From an uncultured Candidatus Saccharibacteria bacterium (GTDB taxonomy: Bacteria > Patescibacteriota > DYJS01 > CAYMEI01): a stretch of 32,091 nt of DNA. Every line of letters begins with the position of its first letter. The first letter of the stretch is position 1. Positions 8,447 through 16,991 of this stretch are shown in pieces. The notes below the pieces were generated by a model that made no database searches, had not been told where the DNA came from, and was given only the letters and a program-made list of their open reading frames with translations. The position numbers and the translations under genes are program-made. The stretch is from positions 1 through 32,091 of the forward strand of contig CAYMEI010000003.1 of assembly GCA_964389605.1 (NCBI GenBank), written 5' to 3'.

Positions 8447-9166
8447 ATGTCAGATAATTATCATTTAATCGAAATTAGACACAGTGAATATTATGGAAGT
8501 AAAGAACCCCTCATGTTTACAAAAGCAACAATTGATAAGCACGCTGAGGAATGCCCTGTATGTGCTAGAAAAATATCACCGATTTTTATTTGGTCAGGAC
8601 TGAATCATAAAGGAAATTTGGATGTAGTTTATAGGTGTACAAGTTTAGAATGTGATGAATTTTTTATTAGTCACTACCAAAATACACATACTCAGATATC
8701 TGGAAAAATTTGTTATTCGTACAAATTTCTAAACTCGCAACCAAAATTTTTTAGACCGCAAGATTTTAGTGCAGAAATACAAGATATTTCCTCAGAGTTT
8801 GTAGCTATTTTTAATCAGGCAAGAGAAGCGGAGAGTAAAAATTTAGATCGGATAGCCGGTGTGGGGTATAGAAAGGTTTTAGAGTTTTTAATAAAAGACT
8901 ATTGTATCTCTTTAGTTGAAGAAGATAAACAGGAGTCTATTCGTAAAAAATTTTTAACAAAGGTTATTAAAGAAGATTTAGATAATCAAAAAATAGCAAC
9001 TTTTGCTGAAAAAGCTGTTTGGTTAGGTAATGATGAAACTCACTATGTAAGGGTGTGGGAAGATAAAGACATGAAAGACTTAAAACTTTTGATTGATATA
9101 GTTGTTGATGCACTTGACTTTGAGTTGAAAGGAAAAAAATTAAATGAATCTTTTAATCGAGAATAA
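8447..9166 (+). CDS. Zinc-ribbon plus DUF4145-like protein inserted between mod and res
   Basis: N-terminal Cys pairs (CPVCARK ... YRCTSLECDEFF). The C-terminal helical region AGVGYRKVLEFLIKDYC ... AVWLGNDETHY ... LKLLIDIVV fits the DUF4145 pattern (R/K..lE ... lgN..aH). It starts 5 nt after the mod stop and ends 3 nt before the res start. Confidence 0.65.
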   Translation: MSDNYHLIEIRHSEYYGSKEPLMFTKATIDKHAEECPVCARKISPIFIWSGLNHKGNLDVVYRCTSLECDEFFISHYQNTHTQISGKICYSYKFLNSQPKFFRPQDFSAEIQDISSEFVAIFNQAREAESKNLDRIAGVGYRKVLEFLIKDYCISLVEEDKQESIRKKFLTKVIKEDLDNQKIATFAEKAVWLGNDETHYVRVWEDKDMKDLKLLIDIVVDALDFELKGKKLNESFNRE

Positions 9167-9169
9167 CCT

Positions 9170-10663
9170 ATGTCCCTAAAATCACTCAAAACCTACCAAG
9201 AAAAAGCAGTTGAAGAGCTAATTTACAAGTCCAAGCTACTTTTGGAAAAAGATCAAGACAAGCGGACTTTGGTTTTTCAAGCCCCGACTGGAAGCGGAAA
9301 GACTTTTATGATGTCTAACTATATCCGAGAGTTGATCGATGAACTGGAGAGAAATGTCTGTTTTATTTGGGTGAGTATTGGCAAAGGGGATTTGCATATT
9401 CAAAGCTATCAGTCCATCAAAGAAGAACTTTTTTATTTTCCAAATGTCTGTCTTCTTGAGCAAGAATATTTTGGACACAAAGCCCATATTCAAAACAACG
9501 ATGTAGTTGTTGTTAATTGGGAAAAACTGCGAACCAAAGACAGAGAAACGGGAGACTGGAAAAACAAACTGATGAGAGACGGTGAACTGTGGAACTTTAG
9601 GGAACTGATTGAAAACACCAAAGAACTTGGAAAGTTGATTGTGATGATAATTGACGAAAGCCACTCAAACTCAACCAGTGAGAGAGCTTTGGAACTGCGA
9701 GACGAAATTGTAAAAGCAGATTTGACGGTGGAAATGTCCGCCACTCCAGTTTTACGAGAAGGTAATTATCAAGAAAAGGTGGTTGTAGAGCCAACGGATG
9801 TCATCAACGAAGGAATGATCAAGAAGGAAATCATCATCAACGAAAATTTAGATCAGTTTTCAGAAGACGAGCTAACCAGCCAAGAATTGATTTTGGAAAG
9901 TGCCTATCAAAAAAGGCTAGAGCTAAAAGAACAATACGAAAAAGCCAATATCCGAGTTAATCCTTTAGTTTTAATCCAACTACCGACAGGAAACGAGGGG
10001 GAAGACAAAAGGGACTTTGTAGAGCAGTTTTTGGCAAAAAAAGGCATTACTTACGACAACGAAAAATTAGCCGTTTGGTTAAGTGAGGAAAAGGTCAATA
10101 ACGAAAAAAGTCTTGTTACTCCAAACGACAGCAAAGTAGAATTTTTGATTTTCAAACAAGCCATAGACACAGGGTGGGACTGCCCAAGAAGCCAAATTTT
10201 GGTTCGTTTCCGTGAAATCCGAAGTGTCACCTTTGAAATCCAAACAGTAGGACGGATCTTGAGAATGCCAGAAGCCGAGCATTACGAAAACGAGAACTTA
10301 AACCGTGCCTTTGTTTATCTCAACACAAGCGAGTTTTCAGTCAATCAAGAGACTTACAACCCCAACATTATCAAGTCGATCAGTGTCAAAAGAAGTGAAA
10401 AATATCAACCTTTACCGCTAACTTCTTACTACCGAAACCGTTTTGACTATGGAGATATAACTTCTAGCTTTTATCGGAGTTTAGAAAAAGTTTTGTGTAA
10501 TTATTTTGGCTTAGAAATAGGCAAACAAGAGTTTTTTGAACAGAACAAGGCTAAAGTTAAAGAAAAAATTGATTTGGTTGATTTGGCTGGTAAAGACGAG
10601 ATAATTTTGAATCGAGAAATCAAGGCAGAACTCTTTGACCAAATCACAGAGGAAAAAATCTAG
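9170..10663 (+). CDS. res: Type III restriction enzyme Res subunit, helicase part (ends at an in-frame TAG)
   Basis: Walker A VFQAPTGSGKTF and motif II IIDESH, followed by helicase C-terminal motifs (IDTGWDCPRSQIL, QTVGRILR). TAG 10661-10663 is in the same frame as 10664..11458. Confidence 0.85.
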   Translation: MSLKSLKTYQEKAVEELIYKSKLLLEKDQDKRTLVFQAPTGSGKTFMMSNYIRELIDELERNVCFIWVSIGKGDLHIQSYQSIKEELFYFPNVCLLEQEYFGHKAHIQNNDVVVVNWEKLRTKDRETGDWKNKLMRDGELWNFRELIENTKELGKLIVMIIDESHSNSTSERALELRDEIVKADLTVEMSATPVLREGNYQEKVVVEPTDVINEGMIKKEIIINENLDQFSEDELTSQELILESAYQKRLELKEQYEKANIRVNPLVLIQLPTGNEGEDKRDFVEQFLAKKGITYDNEKLAVWLSEEKVNNEKSLVTPNDSKVEFLIFKQAIDTGWDCPRSQILVRFREIRSVTFEIQTVGRILRMPEAEHYENENLNRAFVYLNTSEFSVNQETYNPNIIKSISVKRSEKYQPLPLTSYYRNRFDYGDITSSFYRSLEKVLCNYFGLEIGKQEFFEQNKAKVKEKIDLVDLAGKDEIILNREIKAELFDQITEEKI

Positions 10664-11458
10664 GGTGAGCAAAAAATCCAAGCAGGACTTTCCCAAAATG
10701 ACCTCTTTTATACTTTTGAGAACTTAATCAAAAAGAATTTACAGGGATTTGCTCCCAAGCGTTCAATTCCAATAATCAAAAACTCACTTTATAGATGGTT
10801 TGCTCTTTATTTGGATATAATCCCGACTGTAGATAATGGAGCGATTTTTACTCAAAATATAATCTTGAATAACGCCGAAACCTTTGACAGGCTATTAGAT
10901 CAAACAGTGAGAGAATACAAACCAGTCAAAGAAAAGGAGATTGAAGCCAAGATCGAAGAAACGGAAAGCTGGGACGAAAACTGGGAAATTGCCAAAACTA
11001 GAAACTACAACCCCAACACTTACAAAAAATATAACTACCAAAAAAGCCTTTATCAGCCTTGTTATTTGAATTTTGACAGTCAAATTGAACAGGATTTTGT
11101 AGAATTTTTGGATAAAAAAGAAAGTGTAGTTTGGTGGTGGCAAAACGGAAACGAACATTTGCAAGATAATTTTGGAATCAAGCACAGCAAAGACAAAACT
11201 TTTCAGCCTGATTTTCTAGTTTTGTTTGAAGATGGACGAGTTGGCATTTTTGATACTAAGGCAAGCGGACAAAATGAAGATGACAACAAATCCAAAGCCG
11301 AAGCCTTGCAAGACTACATCCAAAAAGAAAACCAGAAAGGCAAAAAACTTTTTGGTGGTTTAGTTGTAGAAGAAAACGGACATTTTAGAATCAATCAAAA
11401 ACCCGAATACAAAGGTTTTAAGGAATCTTTGGAAGATTGGGAGTTTTTAGAGGTTTAA
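10664..11458 (+). CDS. res: Res subunit, C-terminal PD-(D/E)XK nuclease part (same frame as 9170..10663)
   Basis: The frame stays open immediately after TAG 10663; the track calls 10811..11458. FQPDFLVLFEDGRVGIFDTKA provides the PD...(D/E)xK nuclease motif expected at a Res C-terminus. Confidence 0.7.
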   Translation, partial: GEQKIQAGLSQNDLFYTFENLIKKNLQGFAPKRSIPIIKNSLYRWFALYLDIIPTVDNGAIFTQNIILNNAETFDRLLDQTVREYKPVKEKEIEAKIEETESWDENWEIAKTRNYNPNTYKKYNYQKSLYQPCYLNFDSQIEQDFVEFLDKKESVVWWWQNGNEHLQDNFGIKHSKDKTFQPDFLVLFEDGRVGIFDTKASGQNEDDNKSKAEALQDYIQKENQKGKKLFGGLVVEENGHFRINQKPEYKGFKESLEDWEFLEV

Positions 11459-11480
11459 TCCCCAGAATAAACACTTACCC

Positions 11481-12176
11481 CTACTGTTTCTTGTTCATTC
11501 TATCTGGAGCAACTGCTGATAAACTACTAACAGTAGGGTAAACAATAAACACCCCCTGCTTTATGGCAAATAGATTAAAGCCAAAACACTCTTTTGTTTT
11601 CTTGTTGATAGACTTAATAGCACCTCTTAAATGCCCTTCATCTGTACTATCGGGACTATCTTTACTGTATACCTTACCTGCCAGATCATTAATATCTACC
11701 CTCTCTCCAAACCCATAATATTTAATCATTTGATCACAAAGTCTGGATTCTTGGGTATCTGGTTTAATATTACATACAAGATCGTAAAAGAATATCTTTC
11801 CGTTCTCGCTATCATAGAACAGTATGTTATGGAATATATTTTCAATTCTCTGGTAAAGATCACATAGAAACTCAGTTACTATCGAAGCGTGCTTTGCAAA
11901 AGTTAGTGCCTTAGGATTTACACCAAATCTATCCACTTCATCTTTTTGAGGCTGAAGGTATTTAAACTTATTTATGACTATTAAAAGAAACTGATTTACT
12001 CCAACCATCATTTCACCCACTTCCTTAAAGACATTGTTAACTAACTCTGTAACCATTTCAGCTTGTTCGTTTATAGCATTCTGATTAACATAATCATCAA
12101 TAAAGCGTTCCCCGTCCGTATGTATAATTAGAGTGAATTTTCTTTTACCTGTGTTGATCTGGAACCTGCTCACCAT
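11481..12176 (-). CDS. Hypothetical protein, possible C-terminal OmpR/PhoB-type winged-helix domain
   Basis: 231-aa ORF. The C-terminal stretch LCDQMIKYYGFGERVDINDLAGKVY...GHLRGAIKSINKKTKECFGFNLFAIKQGVFIV follows the trans_reg_C pattern (hI..lR.Kl....i.tv.g.GY). This is a weak assignment. Confidence 0.5.
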   Translation of the reverse strand: MVSRFQINTGKRKFTLIIHTDGERFIDDYVNQNAINEQAEMVTELVNNVFKEVGEMMVGVNQFLLIVINKFKYLQPQKDEVDRFGVNPKALTFAKHASIVTEFLCDLYQRIENIFHNILFYDSENGKIFFYDLVCNIKPDTQESRLCDQMIKYYGFGERVDINDLAGKVYSKDSPDSTDEGHLRGAIKSINKKTKECFGFNLFAIKQGVFIVYPTVSSLSAVAPDRMNKKQ

Positions 12177-12246
12177 GTAATTAAACTTCTTGGCAGTGTC
12201 TAATTCACTTGGTGATATACATTCAGATTCTTTGATTATAGTAGTT

Positions 12247-12591
12247 TTATTTATCTACTGTTATATGGTATAGATAGTATTGTCTTTCTTCAGTTTCTCC
12301 TGTTTTTTGATTAATACAATTAATATTGTCTATCAGTGTCTTGCCAATAGCAATATTGTTCCTGGTTAGCAGATCTCTAGCTGTACCCCACTTGTCTTTA
12401 TCTTCAGTTAGATGGAACTCATAGTCATAACCAGATGCTCCCAAATCTTCTAGTGCAATATTAATTTTATCTGCAGCCTCCTGATGCTTAACTTGTGCAC
12501 TGTTTATTACATTATGCTCAATCTTGGCTCCACAAGTAATCAAATATTCCAATCTATTGAGGGCAACTTTACTTGATACTCTAAGTCTCAT
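12247..12591 (-). CDS. Hypothetical protein
   Basis: 114-aa ORF with an ATG start, upstream of and co-oriented with 11481..12176. No recognisable motif. Confidence 0.45.
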   Translation of the reverse strand: MRLRVSSKVALNRLEYLITCGAKIEHNVINSAQVKHQEAADKINIALEDLGASGYDYEFHLTEDKDKWGTARDLLTRNNIAIGKTLIDNINCINQKTGETEERQYYLYHITVDK

Positions 12592-13080
12592 CTCTAATTA
12601 AATATTAAGCATAATAAAACATATACAAGTACACTAAAGATATAGAGTATGCACTCTACACCATTTATTTTAAAAGTGGCTATAAGACTCTATTTAAGGC
12701 ATTTAAATTACTAAACCATAAAAAATATACTACTTTAAATAAAAAGTGTCTTAAATGGCAATGTACATTGTCTGGTAAATGACATGGTGGCGTAATCCCC
12801 AAACACCTACCCCCCATATATATAATTCTGCGGGAATATATACCCCATATATTACTTCTTACTGGTATTACCATAAAACTTAGACTCTTCTAACACGCTA
12901 TGATTCTATGGAACTATTCACTTAATAAACTTATGCAATAATAGAGAATTGACTATTCTTAAATCAGGGGAAAGTACAATCAGATATAACTTCAGGAGAG
13001 TTAGTAAGAGTAATCAAGTCTGGCAAATAATTTAATACTCAGGATTATCTGTCTTCAGATTAATGATATAAAATTCTAAA

Positions 13081-13215
13081 TCTCATATCTACTCACACTC
13101 CACACAAGGTTTTAAATGCACTAAGTTTTTCAAAGTCTAAGGTTCGAACTTTGAGGTATTTTGCGAGCATATCACCCCTTATTCTTCTTAATAAAGTGAG
13201 CCTACTATACTATCC
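13081..13215 (-). repeat. Right (inverted) copy of the repeat at 1489-1600
   Basis: The reverse complement of 13081-13176 aligns with 1507-1600 at about 85% identity. It lies 63 nt upstream of the Type IIG start. Confidence 0.75.
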
Positions 13216-13278
13216 AGTACCGCCACCCCTACCAACTGTTAACACAACCTTTATAACAAAACTGAATCAAGCTTAACA

Positions 13279-14697
13279 TTGAGCAGTATTGTAAAAACTT
13301 ACATCGAAAACATTAATAAAGAACTTAAGAGCGGGCATGCACGCGAGCACTCTTACCGACCGTACTTAAAAGAGCTTCTGGAGCAGATAAGCCCAAAGAT
13401 CAGTGCCATAAATGAGCCGAAACAGCAGAAAGTTGGTGCGCCGGATTTTGTACTGTTAAAAGGCAAAACACCTGTTGGGTATATTGAGGCAAAAGATGTT
13501 GATATAAACCTGGATAAAGAGCTGAAAACCAGCAACCAGATAAAACGGTACTCTGTACTTGGCAACCTGTGCTTCACCAACTACCTCGAGTTTATCTTTT
13601 ACGGTAACCAGACCGAGTACGACCGTGTTGAGATAGCAAAACTAGTAAACGGCAAACTGGAGTTTTTAGAGCAGAACTTTACCCACCTGCACAACCTGCT
13701 TAAAGATTTCTCTAATCGCTACGGTCTGACTATTGCCTCATCTAAGCAACTCGTGTCGTTAATGGCAGATAAAGCCCGTTTACTTAAAGAAACCACACTT
13801 AACGCCCTGAACGACGAAGACGATTCCGAGAACTCTGTTACCCGTCAGTTCCATGTTTTTAGAAAGATGCTCATAAAAGACCTGACCCCAGAGCAGTTTG
13901 CAGATATTTACGCCCAGACTGTTACCTACGGAATGTTTGCAGCCCGTTACCACGACAAAACTCTCGAAACATTTACCCGCGACGAAGCAAACACCCTGCT
14001 ACCTAAATCTAATCCGTTTCTGCGCAACTTTTTTCAGTCAATTGCCGGGTACAACATAGACGAGCGGATTGTATGGATAGTTGATGACCTTGCTGAGCTT
14101 TTCAGCCATGTAAATATAAAAAGCCTCCTTGAGAACTTTGGTAAAACCACCCAGCGAAGCGATGTTATAATCCACTTCTACGAAACATTTCTTGCCGAAT
14201 ACGATCCGCTCCTCCGTAAAGCCCGCGGTGTTTACTACACACCTGAGCCGGTTATTGGTTATATAATCCGCTCTGTGGACAGTATCCTGAAATCTGAGTT
14301 TGGAATCTCTACCGGTATTGCCGATACCTCTAAGGTTGAAGTAAAAAAGGAGATTAACGGCAGGAAACAGAAAGTTTTAGAACATCGGGTGCAGATTCTG
14401 GACCCTGCTACCGGTACAGGAACTTTTCTGGATCATACCATAAAGCATATTTACTCCAGCTACTTTAAGGGGCAGGAGGGGTTGTGGCAGACATTTGTTG
14501 ATGAGCATCTAATCCCCAGGCTTCACGAGTTTGAGTTGCTTATGGCAAGTTACGCAATGGCACACCTGAAACTTGACATAACACTCAGTGAAACCGGCTA
14601 CAGCTTTAAAAAAGGTTCGGGGAAACGGCTTGGGGTGTACCTTACAAACTCACTTGAAGAGGCGGAGATTATGCACAATAACCTTTTTGCTACCTAG
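13279..14697 (+). pseudogene. Type IIG/ISP-like fused endonuclease-methyltransferase, N-terminal part (ends at in-frame TAG)
   Basis: N-terminal PD-(D/E)XK motif (GAPDFVLL ... GYIEAKD). SAM motif I ILDPATGTGTFL. After TAG 14695-14697 the same frame continues ...LSDESLAANEVKKQKPIMVVIGNPPYSG, with NPPY at 14764-14775. Confidence 0.8.
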
Positions 14698-14885
14698 TTG
14701 TCGGATGAGAGCCTGGCGGCAAACGAGGTAAAGAAACAGAAGCCGATTATGGTGGTGATTGGGAATCCACCGTATTCGGGAGTTTCCACAAATAACGGAA
14801 AGTGGATAATGGATCTGATTGAGGAATATAAGTATGTAGATGGCAACCATTTTAAGGAAAAAAGCACTGGCTAGGAGACGACTAT

Positions 14886-16919
14886 GTGAAGTTTATTCGT
14901 TTTGCAGAACACTTTATAGAGAAAAACCAGGAAGGGGTGCTTGCTTTTATCACAAACTATGGCTACTTGGATAATCCAACCTTCAGGGGAATGCGTCAGC
15001 ATTTAATGAGAACTTTTAATAAAATCTACCTACTTGATCTACACGGAAACAGTCTGAAAAAAGAAACCAGTCCAGATGGCTCAAAAGACGAAAATGTTTT
15101 TGATATTCAGGCAGGTGTGTCAATTATACTTGGCGTTAAAACTAACACTGGAAAATCTAATAAATGTGAGGTTTACCATAGCGATCTGTTTGATAAAAGA
15201 GACGACAAGTACAGTTTTCTGGAACAAAACTATCTAGGAACAACTAATTGGGTGAAATTATCGCCGCAAGCTCCGTACTACTTTTTTGTTGAGAAGGACT
15301 TGAGATTAGAAGACGAGTATGCTCAAGGTGTAAAATTAAATGAACTGTTTCCGGTTAATACGACTGGGATTGTTACCATGGGAGACAGCTTTATTATTGG
15401 AAGTAAAGAGTATGTTGAGCAAAACACTAGATATCTTCTTTTTAATGACGTGTCTGAATCTGAACTAAAAGAAAGTTTTGGGCTTGGCAAGAACTATGCA
15501 AAATGGGTTATTCAGAATAAGGACAGAATACATTTTTCATCTAACAGGATTACTCCCATTGAATATAGACCATTTGATACTCGATACACATATTTTGATG
15601 GTAAGTTGGTTTGGAGGCTTAGAGAGAAAGTTATGCAACATATGCTTAACGGTGAGAATTTGGGGTTGATCTCAGCTAGGTCAAATAAATCTCAAAGAAT
15701 GGATCACTTTTTTATGACTGATAAGATAATGGAGACTAAGTGTGGGGAGTCAACAACACAGTCAGCCATTTTCCCCCTCTACTTCTACCCACCCAAAAGG
15801 GAAGAGGAGAAGGAGCTGTTTGGGGAGGGTAAAAACACCCCGCCCTACGGGCACCCCTCCCGCACCTTATTAGGGCGGCTTACGCACGCCCAAAGCTGCT
15901 TTAAGGGGAACTTAGTGCGATCTTCTACATATTCAAATGAAAGTAGCAAAGCCAATTCCCCTTCTCAGAAGGGGTGGACGCTGAAAGCGGACGGGGTAGT
16001 CCCTGATCAGAAGGGGTGGCAGGCGGAGCCTGACGGGGTAGTCAAAAAAACAGACTGGTACAATCTGCCATTTAATCCAAAACTAAAAGATAAAGCCAAG
16101 GAGCTAAGAAAGGCAGGAAACCTCTCAGAGGCACTCTTCTGGAATAAAATAAAAAACAGACAGCTAGCTGGTTTAGATTTTGACCGACAAAAGATAATCG
16201 GAAACTACATTGTAGATTTTTACTGTTCTGAAATAGGCCTTGTAGTAGAAATTGATGGAGAGAGTCACAGTTATAAAGGAGAGTATGATGAACAGAGAGA
16301 TGAGTTCTTAAAAAGTCTGGGGCTGACTGTAATCCATCTGAGTGATAAAGAAGTTAAGCAGAATCTGGATTTGGTAGTTGAAGGGTTGGTCGGGTGGATT
16401 GAAGAGGTAATCATAAATCAAGACTTTAACAGTACTCGTATTCAGAGCAGTAACAAAAACACCCCGCTCTTCACACCCGAAGATGCTTTAGAGGGGAACT
16501 GCTACTTCACCCCAACAGATCTTTTAGACTATATTTACGCTGTACTCCACTCACCCACCTACAGAGAGAAATATAAAGAGTTTTTAAAAATAGATTTTCC
16601 AAAAGTTCCAATAACAGAAGATAAAGAAAAGTTCTGGAAACTGGTTGGGCTTGGGAAAGAGCTGAGGCAGTTTCATTTACTGGAACACCCGGAAAGCAGT
16701 GAGTTTATTACACAGTTCCCGGTTTCAGGAAGCAACAGAGTTACAGATACACCAAAGTTTAGCCCAAGTATTGAAAATAGAGAGATTGGGAGCGTATTTA
16801 TAAACGAATCACAGTACTTTAAAGGAGTACCAAAATCTGTATTTGAGTTTTTTATAGGCGGTTACCAGCCAGCACAGAAATGGCTTAAAGACAGAAAAGG
16901 GAGGGAGGTGCTTTTTTAA
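14886..16919 (+). pseudogene. Type IIG/ISP-like enzyme, C-terminal part carrying an inserted DUF559 cassette
   Basis: This frame is open from 14856 (KKHWLGDDYVKFIRFAE...). It is joined to the upstream part by a frameshift in the A6 run 14858-14863. The conserved C-terminal block is DYIYAVLHSPTYREKYKEFLKIDFPKVP ... GGYQPAQKWLKDRKGRE. After TAA 16917-16919 the frame continues DILHYQKNIVAL... to TAA 17004-17006. Confidence 0.8.
15831..16499 (+). mobile_element. GC-rich hairpin-module plus DUF559 (Vsr-like) endonuclease cassette, in frame within the host gene
   Basis: The DUF559 signature is LRKAGNLSEALFWNKIKNRQLAGLDFDRQKIIGNYIVDFYCSEIGLVVEIDGESHSYKGEYDEQRDEFLKSLGLTVIHLSDKEV. It is flanked by modules repeated at 30732-31180. 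AAAAACACCCCGC occurs at both 15831 and 16455. Confidence 0.6.
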
Positions 16920-16991
16920 GATATTTTACACTACCAGAAAAATATAGTTGCACTTTTCAGTACAGAAAAAATAATGAAAGAGGTTGATAGC

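Noticed and set aside
6534-11185. Antisense or alternative-frame ORFs within the Type III genes (6534..6845, 7138..7350, 7992..8180, 9236..9664, 9490..9744, 9597..9794, 10079..10282, 10511..10696, 10895..11185).
   Set aside because: All overlap strongly supported mod or res coding sequence on the opposite strand. They are Leu/Phe/Ser-rich mirror-frame artefacts of AT-rich genes.
13139-13149. AGGTTCGAAC (also near 3313) as an attR copy of the tRNA-Gln T-arm (AGGTTCGAAT).
   Set aside because: The match is only 9-10 nt. Serine integrases do not leave long direct repeats, and the string is part of the larger inverted repeat, whose left copy reads GGTTCTAAC.
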